The position numbers and the translations under genes were made by a program. A stretch of DNA of 64,000 bases, from contig CM052817.1 in the NCBI GenBank assembly GCA_028534125.1, positions 3,474,001 through 3,538,000 on the forward strand, in the 5' to 3' direction. Within the stretch, counting starts at the first letter, position 1. Each line of letters begins with the position of its first letter. The DNA comes from Lama glama (taxonomy: Eukaryota). This document shows positions 25,330-38,922 of the stretch, piece by piece. The notes under the pieces are model-generated. The model made no database searches, was not told where the DNA came from, and saw only the letters and a list, made by a program, of their open reading frames with translations.

Positions 25330-25700
25330 GTCTTCCTGCCAGGCCAGGCCTCCTGGATCCCTGCCCCCACTCTCCCTGGAGTCCCAGCCTAAGTCCTGCC
25401 TCCCCTCTCCCTCCCTCTGCTTCATGAATCCCCCTCCATCCTCGAATGCCATGAGTATCCGCCTCATCTGCCCTTCCTCCTCACTGACATTCTAACTCAG
25501 CCATCATCTGCCACTCCTCCCCAACATGCCCCTGGCTGGGGACTTGGTCTCCTCTAGGCCCCACCTCACGCTGATCTCTCCCCCTTGAAGCCCACGGGCT
25601 TGTTACCCTCTACATAGGGTAAGACACAGTTCCAGCATCACCTCCTCCGGGAGGACTTCCTTGGTTCTTCTCAGCTTCCTTCAATCACAACCAGGCCCCA
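25330..25700 (+). mobile_element. Degenerate L2 fragment
   Basis: Pyrimidine-rich stretch with catcacctcctccgggaggacttcc. Confidence 0.5.
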
Positions 25701-28029
25701 ACTCGTCCATCAGGAAGCACCTGAGGACGGCATGAGTCCCCACTCGCTGCACAGCTGTGCCCGCCGCTGGCCCTCAGCCACCGCTGTCACTGCTACTAAC
25801 GATGACCCGTGACCCTGTTTGCCCTGGGCGCCAACGCCTTCAGTGAGCCGGCGCCCATAACTTGACAGATGGGCGGAAAGGGAGAGTGACTGACAGACTG
25901 GTATGTGGACGAACGGGGAGCTGTCCGTTTGCACAAATTATCGTCTCCTTCCAGAGAAACAACCTTCACCCAGGAGCTCCCCCACTGAGGGGAGTGGCCG
26001 TGCGAAGAAAGAACACGTCCTCTAAACAGCGTGCCAGGACCCCCGGGGGGTTGCTGGAGGACAGCAAGGCTGCTTTTTCAGCCCCCTTCCCCCTGCAGAC
26101 CTGTGACGTTGCCCCGAGTCTCGGGGCCGCCCTGCAGCAGAAGACCGGAGGGCGCTGCCGGGGGCCAGGCCCACTACTTGGTTCAGGCGTCAGGCTGCGC
26201 AGACAATCAGGGCCCCTCGCAGAAAGCCCCTTCTCTGCATGGCTGGCGCCAGCTGGCTCCCACGCACGCGAAGCAGGTGGTTCTGGACGTAAAGGTCACC
26301 TACCTGTGAAGCGGCCACAAAGGGAGGCCTTCGCCAGCAGCAGCTGCTCCTGTTACGTGTGGATGGATGGACAGACTGACAGCCCCCGTGCCTGAGACGA
26401 GCTGGTCTTTTCATCTGTTCAGTCTTTTCTTCCTTTATCCAACAAGTGTCCATCACGGAGGCTGCCCGGACCAGACGTGGGAAGTCTGTCCCCACCTCCC
26501 TCAGCACGGGACCCCCAGAGCTGGAAAACCCGGTGGGGGCTTCTCCAAGGAGCCCAGGCTCTGCCCCTGATTAAGCAGGTGTTTTGCGCCAAGAACTGAA
26601 ATAAACATCCATGAATTCAACGCACCACTCAGGCGAAAAGGGGGGAAAAGTTAGCAGCCGTAGTAATGCTAGAAAAACAACACTCTAAAGGCTGAGAGGA
26701 AAGGAACCCCCACTCGTTTCTGACGATCCCTTTGTCTGTCCCTCGTGGTAATAATTTTCCAGCTAAATTAGGAAGGAGGTGCTTGTCTAACCCATTCATT
26801 CGGTCAAAACACATTTACTGAGAAACTACTCAGTGCTCTGTGGGGGCTGCAGCCCGGTGCGGGTCCCGACACTAGCCACGCTTGCTGGCCCTCCCGTCAA
26901 CGCCCCAGCCTGCTACGCCTCCCCCCACAGAATCTTCAGGACACCCCACGAGTTGAGCCAGACATGGTGAGGAGCCACTGTCTGTAGGACGAAACTGGGG
27001 CTCCAGCGGGGTCCTGACCTTGCCTAATGCCCCAGCACAAGGAGCCGAGCTGGGACTTGAGTGCAGGCAGCCTGGCTCTGGCGTTTTAGGCTTAGCAGAG
27101 CAACACTGGACAACTGAGGCAGAAGGTGACTGGTGTCTTGACTGAGATCCAAAGCAGCAGGGTGGGAGGGACCATAACCACATGTCCTGGGCAATCAGAG
27201 AAGGCGTCCTGGGGAAGGTGGTGTCTGAGCCGGCCCCGAGGATGCGGGAGGTGAGACCAGCTGAACGGCAGGTCTTGCCATCTCCACACCCAGGTAACCA
27301 GGCTGGGACCCAGCACACACCAGCACACAGGGAGTATTTGCTGAATGAAGGAATGAATCACAGCAGACCAGTTGTGGAGAGAAAGAAAGAGGTCCCAGTG
27401 CTGCTTTGAGTAGGAACGGCTATTTCTGGGTCATCTTCAGAAACATCCCAGGAGATGATCTGAGATCATCCTGAGCAAGTTCAGAGCACAGGGTACATGG
27501 AAGGTGCTGAGCAAAGGTCCCTTCAAAGAGGGAAAGAATGAGGGAGAGGGGAGGGGAGGGGGAGAAGGGGAGGAGGCTTCAGCCTCCCGTTTCATTCACA
27601 GTCATTCCCAAAACCGAGACGAGATCTCAGACTCTTCGTCCACTGAGTCCAGAGCCTTCCCCAGAGGAACCCTGAGCCACCAAGCCATCCACCCAGGCCA
27701 GGCCACCATCCCCTATGCAGCCCTGATGGTGGGGAGCCGGGAGAGCATACACTGTAGGGGTGAGCTGAGACCCAACTTGTGGGTGGCAGGAAAGCCCCCC
27801 ACTCCCACCCCACACACACAGCTCTGCAGGGGCTCAGAGAGTGGGGCACGGAGCTCCAGCAACGGGAGAAATGCAGGGTGGGTCCCCTGAGACCACTGCC
27901 CGGTGATGGGGAGGAAGAGGGGAGGAGTCTGTTTTTCCACAAACAACTGCAGCCTTGGCCCTAGTCCTGGGCTGAGAACAAAGACAGCACGGAGCCGGCA
28001 CCCTGCCCTTGGGGGAGAGAATGAGGCCC

Positions 28030-28444
28030 TGAGGTGGCCCAGTGCCCCCCAGCACGTGTCCACCTCCTAAGACCCTCATCCTGCCAGGTGACCCGATTTG
28101 GACAAAGGGTTTTGGCAGGTGTTAGTGAAGGATCTCGAGGGTTAGATCATCCTGGATCTCCTGGGCGGACCCCAAGTCCCATGACAAGTGTCCTGTAAGA
28201 GACAGAGGAGACCATGTGAGGATGGAGGCAGAGACTGGGGTGATGCGGCCACAAGCCCAGGAGCACGTGGGGCCATCGGAAGCTGAAAGAGGCAGAAAGG
28301 ACCATCCCTGGAGCCTCCGGAGGGTGCCCCGCCCTGCGACAACTTGATTTTGGACTTCAACCTCCAGAACACCGAGAATAAATTCCTGCTGTTTAAACTG
28401 CAGAGTCTGTGGCACTTTGCGGCCACGTTTAGGGAAAGAACACA
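28030..28444 (+). mobile_element. MLT1C-like solo LTR
   Basis: atttggacaaaggg...aaggatctcgag...gatggaggcagagactggggtgatgcggccacaagcc...ttgattttggacttcaacctccagaac...aataaattcctgctgtttaa. Confidence 0.92.
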
Positions 28445-28909
28445 TCCCGCCCAGAATCCGACACGGGAGAACGAGACCAGACGAAGCAGGACCGGCCTCG
28501 CCCCTGGCCATGGCTGCCTCGAAGCGCCGTCAGCAGAGAGGATGGGTTTCGTGAAACTGGCTGCTCACAGGGCTCCTCATCCACGTGCGGGAGAATCCTG
28601 GAGCTGGGAGACCGCGTGAAGTCCCTGCCGAGGTCACACACAGCAGGTCCCCAACCAGGACAGGACATGGCCAGCTCCCTCCCAGGACCATGGGGAAGAC
28701 GACAGACCCCAGGGTCAGCATCCTGCCCAGTTTCCAACACAGCAGTCACAGAACCAGAATTACAGGGTTTTCCACAGGTGAGGACGCGGCAACCAGGGCA
28801 GGGACGTGGCTTCACCAGGTGGCCGGCCTCACTACAGATTCCAGCGGATGACTGGAAACCTCTCACCGCTCATGCAGCTCACGCTGAGTATTCACAACGC
28901 TCTGAGTAT

Positions 28910-29040
28910 TCCCCACACACGCATCTGCTCCTCTCAGGGCTACTGGCCCATTTCACAGATAAGGAAACCGAGGCTCGCTGGTGTAATGTGATTCCATTCA
29001 GTTCAATCCTGGGTCTGGAACCTCTGGTTCCCAGGCCCCG
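28910..29040 (-). mobile_element. MIR SINE
   Basis: cccatttcacagataaggaaaccgaggctc. Confidence 0.8.
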
Positions 29041-30754
29041 TTCCTTCCTCTGTGGTGTTCTAGGAAGGACAGGTAAATGTGTTAACTGTTCGGACAAGTC
29101 CCTGAAACCCCAGGCAAAGATTCCAGCCCTAGGACTATCCAGAGCACCTCCAACTCAGATGACGAAACCCCTCAGGGGCTGGCTGAGTCACTTTCCCAAG
29201 AGCGTCAAGGCTCCGTCCTGAGGCCTGAAGGCAGGCCCTGATCCCCTTCACCTCCCCAACGCAGCCGGGCGAGGGGAGTGAGGCCCCAAATCCTGGCTGG
29301 AAGGCAGAATAAGACCCCAAATGCACAGACTGGGAGTCAGCTTTGCCCTCCCACCCAGGCACGAGGCCTCCTATTGACCAGGGCTTTCCCAGCATGGGAA
29401 AGGGACAAAAGGCCTTCCTGGCTCACCCTCACACACCGATCCCCAGATGTCCCTGTAGGTGGAGGTCACGTCTGTCCTGCACAGGTTCCTGGGAGGCACC
29501 GAGAGCCTCGCCCACTGAGCCTCCTGGGTCTTCTGGGAAGCCCCCAGGACCCCGCGGCCTGAAAGCCTGTGCTCCCGCCTGCAAGCGGTGTGAACCGGCC
29601 CCCACCCGTGAAATGGGGGTCGTGCAACCCTGTCTTGTCATCTTACAGAGGAGGGAAGGGAGAATGCGGGGCCTGGGCTCGGCGCACCCTCGAAAGTCAC
29701 TGTGTGTGAGCCTCTTCGGACACCGTTCTAAGGGTGCAGGCCCTGAAGCCTGGGGAGGGTTGGCAAAGTAGCCCCCAGCTGCCATGGTCCACACTCGCCC
29801 TTCCCAGCTCTGCCACCATGGCCCTCCAACAGCCTAGCCATGCCCACTTTGAGGAAACAGTCCCCCACCACCCCGGGACCTGGGCCGGGCACACAGGGGT
29901 ACCTGGCTGCAGGCAGGATCGTCTGCAGGAGAACCAGGAGAAAATTTAGCAGATTGGCTGCTGCTGAGGGGGACGAGGGGTCAGGGGAGCCTGTGTGGCT
30001 GCCTATTTCAGGCTGGGGGTGACATTCACTCACATCCCAGGACGCTGGCACCAGGAGGCCAGGTCACGGGGCCAGCTGCGGAAGTGACAGGGGAGTGGAG
30101 CCTGGAGGCAGAAGGAGACCATGGCCGGGCTGGGCAGGGAGAGGAGGAGGAGGAGGCTACAGGGAGCACACAGGCCTGATCCGCCACCTGAGTCCTAGGC
30201 AGTTCTCGCTGAAAAGGAAGCTAAGGCTCAGAAAAGTTCCAGAACGCATCCAGGGTCACTGGTCAGTGGAGAGGCTGGGGGCAGACTATCCTTCCTCCAC
30301 ACAGCATGGCCTTGAGGGGCAACACCAGGGGCAGAGACAGTCCCCACCCGCACAAGGACAATCCAGAACCTTCTTCTTGGCCAGGGTATACGAGGGGGCT
30401 TCTGGCGGCCACAGTCCCTGGGCACATCAGCCCCAGCTGAGATCCGCCTGGTCTTGGCCAGACCCGCCCGGGGCATGGAGCTGGACCATCAGTCTTGCTC
30501 TTCAGACTCACTGTGCTGACGCACACCCACCCGTCCACCCGTCGGAGCGACATGGTAAGCCACCGCCATTCAGTTTCTGTGGCCACAGTTACTAAAGGGC
30601 ATCCTGGAGGTGACCCCCACCATGTGCCCAGCAGTCCCCTCACGGGAACCCTCAGAAGGATGGCCGCATGCTCTCAGCCTTCCCCCTCAGGGACCCTCCT
30701 GGACCTCCTCACCAAAGAGCCCCAGTCTGCATCCAGCCTACCTCTTTGCAGGCA

Positions 30755-30952
30755 CAGCTGAGCCCTGAACAACGCAGGGCTTAGGGGCACCCACCCTTTG
30801 CACGGTCGACAACCCGCGGATAACTTATGCACAGCGCTGCACCGCAGCTTCTCCCACCGCAGACCTGTGCCACTGTACTGTTTACCACTGGAGAAAACCC
30901 ACGTATAAGTGGGTCCACGAAGTGCAAACCTGTGTTGTTCAAGGGTCAACTG
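30755..30952. mobile_element. Tigger2-derived non-autonomous TcMar element (MITE)
   Basis: TIRs cagctgagccctgaacaacgcagg / cctgtgttgttcaagggtcaactg (20/24 identical as reverse complements); TA on the right flank, CA on the left. Confidence 0.85.
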
Positions 30953-31029
30953 TATTTCCTTAGTAGAACCTCTCCCTACCAACAGTTACCTGGGAATCCT
31001 ATTTGCTTATTTGTCTCATGTTTTGCATC

Positions 31030-31140
31030 CTTCATACCAGACTGAAAGCTCTGAGAGGACAGGGACTTGTGTCTGTCTTTTTATTTCTCTGTCCCAGAGC
31101 TCAGGTATGGCCTACAGGAGGAGGCCCACAGTGCACTGTG
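31030..31140 (+). mobile_element. L2 3' end
   Basis: ccagactgaaagctctgagaggacagggacttgtgtctgtc. Confidence 0.8.
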
Positions 31141-31270
31141 GGTGGATGGACAGTAGGGTCGGTGGATAAGTGGATGGATGAATATGTGGATAGGCAGATG
31201 ACAGAGAGATGATGGATGGATGGGTGGATGGATGGGTGAATGGATGGAAGAATGAGTGAATGAATGAATC
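31140..31270. repeat. (TGGA)n/(TGAA)n microsatellite
   Basis: ggatggatgggtggatggatgggtgaatggatgg...gaatgaatgaat following the L2 end. Confidence 0.9.
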
Positions 31271-32570
31271 AACAAAGTTCAAAGAATAAAAGGCAGGAAA
31301 GAAGGGAGGGAGGGAGGAAGGAGCATCAGCATCTCCTGCTACTCCTGACAAAGAATAACAATGGAGTGCTATACAGTTTCTAAAGGAAGAAAGAGAAATC
31401 AAGAGAGCTTCTTGGAGGAGGTGGCCTTTGAGATACCCCCTGAATGCTGGGTCCAGAATGGCTGGTTGGAGGGAAGGAAGGTGCAATCAGATGCTGCACT
31501 TCTGCTGGGGCTTTTGGAGTTTTCATTATCCCCTTCCCATTGCATTAACACCATTTTTATAAAGCTAATTTCCTTATACACCTCTACTCCCAAGACCCCT
31601 AAATCTTGCTCGAATCTATTTTGTAGACACATAAAACATACTTATCAATATTGTTTGGTTTTCTTCCTGGAATGGAATGCAAATTGCATTTTATACATAA
31701 TGCAAATTCTCCAACCCACACAAATTAAATGAAAAGGACCTTGGGCAGCTGGTTCACCAGTTTCTTTACAGTGTCGGGACACGTGGAGGGCCACGCTCAC
31801 AGGGACCCTGGCCGGGCGCAGCCTCCACACCCTCTGTCACCACCAGGTAATGCAGGCCACTTCAGTGGCTATTTCTTCCTTTTATTATTTCTCACCCCAG
31901 CGTCTCAGGCAGTTTGCTGAGGACCCTGATTCCCAATCGACTGTAACTGAATAAGCAACTGCTGCTTCCTTAATAACTGAATGTATTAAATGCAGAATAT
32001 ATACAGCTGATCATTCAAGAAACTAATTTGCAAGTCAGAGCTTTTGAAGGATTGTTTAAAGAGAAGATCCACATGTTTCATAAATCTGGGAGGTGGAGGA
32101 AGGAGGGAGTAATAGCCAGACAGAGAAATAAATTCCCACCGCATGATTTGCGTTCAATAAATACGATCTCACGCCTTGGCCACGGGGGCCGTGGCAGACC
32201 AGCGACACACTGACTCACGGAGCAGCACGGCCTGCCTGGGCCCAAAAGAGGGGTGAAGTGCACTGAGGCGCTCACGGAGCCCGGTCTGAGCTGCCCGGAG
32301 CCAGGTCCTTCCTTCGAGAAACCGCTGAATTCCACCGTCTGAAGTCCTCCACACAGGAGTTGCCAGTCCCCACAGCCTTCATGAGCTGGACCAAGTACCT
32401 GCCTTAAAAACACATTAGACGGCAGAGCAGGCCACACTCGCCAGTCATGTGAGATCACAAGGGGACGGAGTGTAAGAGAACCCCCAGCCGGTGCCAGCAC
32501 CTGTCACTGTACCTGGGACACAAAGAGGGAGGCGGACAGTGAAGGTAAGTTAGGATTTTACCCTGTAAGT

Positions 32571-32830
32571 CAGCTCTTTCCAAACAGTGTGTCCTACAGA
32601 TGTGACAGGTGCCCTGGGGTGGGGGGAGAAACCAAGGTTTCAAGATCAAGTAATTTGGGGGACACTCTGTAAAAGTTAATACATGGCTTCACTACAGGAC
32701 TTGTCAGAGCCTTTAAAGGCTGCAGGGCAAGCTGAGGCTGTGGGACCTTCCCCAGCTCCTCCGCTTCCCTTTCCCCAACACTTACTAGAACCTAAACCCA
32801 GTGACTTAGAGTTCAGCTCAGGAAACACTG
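32571..32830. mobile_element. Ancient hAT-Charlie-type DNA transposon (subfamily not assigned)
   Basis: Ends cagctctttccaaac / ggaaacactg; internal gtaatttggggg...acaggacttgtcagagccttt. Confidence 0.6.
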
Positions 32831-33719
32831 CTGAAGGAAATGGGGAGCCACCCACCAGAGACCCATCCCCTAATCCAAAGAACGCTTACAGCAGAGGTAA
32901 CGCGGGGCAGGCACTAACCGCCGGCTGAATCCAAGCACACGCGTGCAAAGCGGAAGGCACCCCGAGCTGAGCCAAGACGGGAAGCTCCGTCTCCCACCGC
33001 CCCAGCCAACAGGGGTCTGCGGGCAGGTCTGGGCATCGCATGGCTGACGTAAGCCAGGGGCCCCTCATGAGGCCAGCCTTTCTGGAGGGTGGGAGGGGGA
33101 CAGTCGCTAATCCTGGATCGCTCGATAGATGCAGAAATGAATAACCAGCCCAGGGCTCCCTTGCTGGACAGGCCACCCTCTGGCTCAAACAAAAGAGCCC
33201 GCCTAGAGCCAGGCTGGGCTGGACACTGCCAACACCCCGTCGGGGCCACCCCACGGCCTCCTCTATGGGATTCCTGGTGTAACGGGTGCCAGACAAGCTC
33301 AGAGGCAGTGACCACACTCAGAGAGCTGGGATCAGGGCTGGGATTGGGGAAGGAAGCATAGATAGAGGCTGCAGGAGCTCAGAGGCTGGGCCTGACCCAG
33401 GTGTGCAACCCAGGGAGGCTTCCTGGAGGCTGCGTAGCGGGCAAAGGTGAGGAAGGTGAAAGATTTTGATCTGAGAGGAGCCCAGTGCCCAGTTACGGAG
33501 ACATGAGAGAAGAGTCAGGAATTCCGAAGCAGGTCCTGTACCCTTCGGCTCCTTGTCAGGTAAGAGGCAAACGTGAAGGCTCTGGGGGTCTGACACTGGG
33601 TATCCCTGTTCCCACCCCAGGCCCCGAGACAGAGCCTGGCCAGGCACGGGCTCACAGAATCTTCTGGTTTAGCCTCCCACTGTGCTCCAACCTCAATCCG
33701 GGCCCAGGTCCGCTGCCCC

Positions 33720-34035
33720 CTCACACCCCACCCCTTCACACACTCCAGCAAACCAAGCTGCCTGTCCCTCCCCTAGACTCGCTTTTGCTGTTGCCTCAGC
33801 AGGGAATGTAATTCCAAGCATCTTAAGCCTTCAAGGCCTTGCTAAAATGCCACTTCTTCCAGGAAGCCTTCCTGGTTCTAGCCTCCCCACCGCCCTGTCC
33901 CCTCACTTGGAACTGGAGCAAGCTCCCTTTCTCTACTGCGCCTCTTGTTGCGGGGGCAGAATGCGTTCCTGCCTCGTGTAGGGTCACTACGCCGGTGCGT
34001 CGCCTCCAGGGCAGCCCGTGAGCATTCAAGGAAGT
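33720..34035 (+). mobile_element. L2 fragment
   Basis: cactccagcaaacc...cttcaaggccttgctaaaatgccacttcttccaggaagccttcctg. Confidence 0.7.
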
Positions 34036-34049
34036 CCTCATTTTAGTTC

Positions 34050-34135
34050 CCATCCACCCATTCATCCACTCATTCATGCTCTTCACAAACACCTGCTGAG
34101 GACCCTCTGATGCTGGGGACACAGTGGTGAAGGCC
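34050..34135 (-). mobile_element. L2 3' end
   Basis: cattcatccactcattcat...aaacacctgctgaggaccc...tgctggggacacagtggtgaa. Confidence 0.75.
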
Positions 34136-36329
34136 TGGCGGGCACGTGGTGACACGCCTTTCCTCACATTGCCCCCTCCATCCTCACGGCAGCCCTCGGA
34201 GGGCAGCCACATGGAGGGGAAGGGCCAGGGCTAGGAGGTCCTGGGGCACCCAGAGAAGCAGCCCCTCTCCCCGACGCTTGCCCATCGCCCTGACACTCTC
34301 AGAGAAAAGATAAATTCCTGCATCTGGGCTCTCTGTGTGCTGAGTCTTGGAGGAGACAGGCAGGAGGTGTGCCATCTACCCTCCACTCATCCCCCTGGGC
34401 CTTCCAGGGCCAGAAGAGGGGCAGTGGGGGTGGGCAGGAGGTAGCAGCAGCAGTGGGCACAGCTGAGGGGCCTTCTGCCTTTCCCCAAATACCCTTCTAC
34501 CCCTGCCAGCTCCAGCCTGAGCATCAGGGGAAACCCCTGTCCCGCCCTGCAGGCTGGGAGGCCCAATGGTGGACACTCAGGCCTCAGAGTCAGCCCGACA
34601 CAGGAGCAGATCTCTGCTCCGTCCCTAGTGGTACAGAGAGCTGGATGCTCCTCTCCGAGTCTTGGGTCCTCGTCTGCAAAATGGGGAAGACGCCATGAAC
34701 CCACAGGGGGTGAAGAGTACATGAGACGATGACTAGGGGAGAACCGGGAATCACAAGACAGCCAGGCACACAACCGCCTCCTGGACGCTGCGGGGCTGAG
34801 TCTCCACCCCAAGAATGGACAGGCCTGGGCGGGTGGCGGGGGGCAGAAAGGGTTCCGGGAGGGGTGACACCAAGGCCGCTGCTGAGGCATCTGGGGACAG
34901 CTCCTGTCCCTGGGTAGGTCCGCTGCTTTGATGGAGAAGTACACAACACAGCATCCGCCCCCGAGCTCCTCCCACGGGCTGCGAGCTGGGAATACAAGCC
35001 CTCCGAACCCCCACAGCCCCCCACCGTCAGCATAAATGTGGGCCCAGAGGACGGCAGCCTGGGTTCAAATCCCCCGGTAGGCAGCTTGACTGCCCAGACT
35101 TCAGTGTCCACTTCTACAAGACAGGTGATGATGGTGCTTCGCACCAGGAAGAGATGTCAGGAAGGCTGAACGAGGTGACCCATCTGCACCAGCGGGGTCT
35201 GTGTAGGAAACCGCAGGCCCATCCGAGGTTAGCGACAGAGGGTCTGAAGCAGGAGGGTCCATGGAGGTGTGGGTGACACCAAGGCAAACAGCAGGGGCTA
35301 GTGAAGTGCCCCCAGCCCACAGGCAAACACCTCCCCACCCAGCACGGAAGGAGAAAGACGCCAAGCAGGCAACAAGGGGGCCCAGGTGAGCAAGTGTAGC
35401 CCCCACCACCAACACCAGGCACAGAGCAGGAAGGGGAAGGGGAAGTGGGTCCGGGGTGGGGGGAGTGACCCACACAGTGTAGAGCTCCCGGCATCTGCCG
35501 GGAGCCTCCAATGTGTCCACTTCTCTTACTGTCACCTCCTTTTGCAGTGACACCCTGAAGCGCAGGGATGTTAAGAGACTTGTCCGCAGACACACTCCTT
35601 CGTGGTCAGCAGAGCAGCAGGATGCCAGCCCAGGCCCGGCTCTTTGGACAGCACAAGCAAACCAGCCCGTCCCCTCTTCCGGATGAGGGTTCTTCCTGGG
35701 GGGCACCCCGGGCCAGGGCGCGCGGCCTCCCCTCCGGATTCATCCTGCAGGCCCGGGTGTGAGGGAGGAGGGGCTCGCCCCTTTGCCTGAAAATGGCACT
35801 TCTGTCCCGTGGCCAGCCACCCGCCTCCAGGAGGGAGAGGGCCAGCGATCTGCACCTTCTAATAATATCCTCGCCCTCTCCTGCCCCGTGGCCCCAGATG
35901 TTAAAATATCAAAACCTGCTCTGTTCGAGGACGACTGAGATATTCCCACTGAGTTTCCCAAATCACCAGCAAATGCCCCAGAGCCGCACGTTAATGACAA
36001 CACCGTGTGACGGGTGACAGACCCGGGCTGTCTCCATGGCAGCCCTGACGCCCACGTCCGCGGGCGCTGCAATGAGAGGCCGGGGCTGGCGCCTGCGCCC
36101 TGCCAGTTGTCACCAAGTGACAGCGTGAAATGCAGGCAACATTTGGGGAGCAGCACAGAGAGATCCCCAGGCCGGGGGCACGCAGCTGGGGCAGGGCCTC
36201 TCGGGCACCTCCGTGGCCTCTCCCTGCACCTCCCTCCCCCGCCCCACTGCACGTGGAGAGCCTTGAAGCATCTGCCCACAGCAACTCGGAGGCCTCAGTG
36301 CTCCCTGCAGAAAAGGCCCCAACCACACC

Positions 36330-36530
36330 CTCCAGAACCAGACGGCCCAGGTCCAAAGCTCAGCTCTGCCACTTGCTGGCTGTGTGACTTGAGGCAAGAG
36401 GCTCAACCTTTCTGTGCCTCGGTTTACCCCTCTGTCCAATGGACACAATCATCATAGCACATGTCCCACAGAGGAGGTGTGAGGACGAAGTGAGTCAGTT
36501 CACCGTAAGGCCATGAACACAACCAGCATC
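36330..36530 (+). mobile_element. MIR SINE
   Basis: cagctctgccacttgctggctgtgtgacttgaggcaag...tctgtgcctcggtttacccctctgt...tgtgaggacgaagtgag. Confidence 0.88.
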
Positions 36531-36677
36531 CAACCACCTGAGCTGCCTGCATCATCTGCCTCTCTAAGCTGCCTACCACTGCAAGCGAAGTCTGCTAGAA
36601 AGACTCAGCGGCAGGCACCTTAGAGAGACATCTCTTGGCCGAGACGAGAGGCCAGACTGCGGGGCGTCCTTCCCAAA

Positions 36678-36844
36678 CAGTTCTCTTCGACTTTGGCACC
36701 ACTGACATTTTGATCTGGATAAATCTATGTTGCTGCTGCGCCGTGTTGGATGTTTGGCAGCATCCTGGTCCCTCCCCGCCAGATGCCAGAGGCACTCCCA
36801 GCCAGTGGTGACAACCGGAAACTGCCCCCAACTGAGAAGTCCTC
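36678..36844. mobile_element. MER20 hAT-Charlie element
   Basis: ggcaccactgacattttgatctggataa...ggatgtttggcagcatcc...agatgccagaggcac...gtgacaacc. Confidence 0.85.
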
Positions 36845-36936
36845 CCTGATCCAGATGGAGGAGGGACTCCTATGTCTGCGTCTGGGGGAGAGGGAGGAGC
36901 AGGGGAGAGGGAGCGAAAAATCTGCCAGGAGCCCCG

Positions 36937-37436
36937 NNNNNNNNNNNNNNNNNNNNNNNNNNNNNNNNNNNNNNNNNNNNNNNNNNNNNNNNNNNNNNNN
37001 NNNNNNNNNNNNNNNNNNNNNNNNNNNNNNNNNNNNNNNNNNNNNNNNNNNNNNNNNNNNNNNNNNNNNNNNNNNNNNNNNNNNNNNNNNNNNNNNNNNN
37101 NNNNNNNNNNNNNNNNNNNNNNNNNNNNNNNNNNNNNNNNNNNNNNNNNNNNNNNNNNNNNNNNNNNNNNNNNNNNNNNNNNNNNNNNNNNNNNNNNNNN
37201 NNNNNNNNNNNNNNNNNNNNNNNNNNNNNNNNNNNNNNNNNNNNNNNNNNNNNNNNNNNNNNNNNNNNNNNNNNNNNNNNNNNNNNNNNNNNNNNNNNNN
37301 NNNNNNNNNNNNNNNNNNNNNNNNNNNNNNNNNNNNNNNNNNNNNNNNNNNNNNNNNNNNNNNNNNNNNNNNNNNNNNNNNNNNNNNNNNNNNNNNNNNN
37401 NNNNNNNNNNNNNNNNNNNNNNNNNNNNNNNNNNNN
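36937..37436. other. Assembly gap (500 N)
   Basis: Exactly 500 N characters. Confidence 1.
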
Positions 37437-38922
37437 CACCCCTGATGGCTGGGGAGGCAGGCACCCCTCCTGGAGGGCGGGGTCCACAAATGATCAAGAT
37501 TCTGCTTGTCTCCTCCCTGGTCTGGATGTTTCTAAGTTGAACCTCTCAGGATGACCAGCCCAGCTGAGCACCAACCCCTGAAGCCCCAGACCAATTACCT
37601 GAGCCACTTCTGACGAAGACAGAGGTCACCGTGGCTGTTCTCTGCTGCTGACAGCCACACAAGGAAGATGTTGGTACACAACCTTCAGCTGGACATCACA
37701 GCCCCCAGTCGTGGTCCCGGCTCCACGAGTCCACTCTGACCCCGACTCGCCACCACCCCACCCCGCTCTGGCCAGGTTGACCTCCCTGCCCTTCCCCCAT
37801 GAGACCCCCACTTCTCCTCATTGTGTTTCTGCCCCTCCCAGCCCTCCCCCCTCTCCCACCACCCCTACAGGTCCCACCCTCTTTTCTGCAAGATCCAGCC
37901 GTTTCTGGGAGGAGCTGTGGACCCTGCTGAGGACAAGACAGCCTGGTGTCACAGCTCAGTGTAAACTGAACATGTCATTTCCAAGGGGTGGAGGAAGGCA
38001 GGGTGCGGCCATGGATTCAGGGTGGAATCTTTGCACCCAGGTCCCTCCTCCCTGCAAGGCCTGAGTGTCTGCAGCAAATCTCAGTGGGGAGGACTCCCGG
38101 GGACAAGGGACTCGGATGTGGGGATGGTAACAGGCTGCTCAGGAAAGCTCACAGGTAGGGAAGACCAGAGGAGCTACTATTTAAATGCTTAATGGTTGTC
38201 ATGACTCCCCAGCTCTTCCAGATGCCTCCTGGCTGGGAGAAGCCGGGGCCATGGGGGCCTGAGGCCAGCTGGGGGAGGCGGGGCCTGAATCCAAGCCGCG
38301 CCAGGGCTCCAAGCTGGGTCTCCATCCAGAGGGGCCGGCGCTAAATTGGGACCAGCCACGCGGCCTCCTGGGGCTGCATCTGGGCAGCAGAGATAACGCC
38401 GTGGGGCCCAGTGTTCTGCTGGCGGTTTAATCCGACTGTTTCCAATATCTCAAACGAAACGCAGCAACTCTCAGCTTGCCACCCCGAGGACCCAGGCCTG
38501 CTGCAGACTTCTGCCTCTGATCATTTCGAGAACGCTCACTGCTCGGAGCTCAGCTGGGGGACACACTGACGCCTGCAGGGGCCCGTTTGTGCCTGTTCCC
38601 CCGGTACAGTGAGAAAGGCCCACCCACACAGAACACTGGCAAAGGGGGTGAGGAACACCCTCCTGACCCAGCGCCCCAGAGGGGACGTCTTACTCCAGGC
38701 ATGCGCACACCTGAGCCCCGCCTGCCCCATCCAGGCCCCGCCTGCTCTGCGTCTGCATCTCCCCCTCCCTCCCAGCCATACCCGGCTCTCAGCTCCTTGC
38801 GCTCCCCTGAGGCACCCACCGCAGGGCCTTTGCTCGAGCAGCACACTATGCCTGGAAGGCCCTTGCCCCTCCCGCCCTCCAGCCTCAGGCCTCACCTGGC
38901 CAGCCCGCTACCTTCTCCAGAG

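Noticed and set aside
32650..32720. Similarity to 39423-39490
   Set aside because: Best explained as two copies of one ancient DNA-transposon family.
36595..37540. 200-300 aa ORFs
   Set aside because: Artefacts of translating through the 500-N gap.
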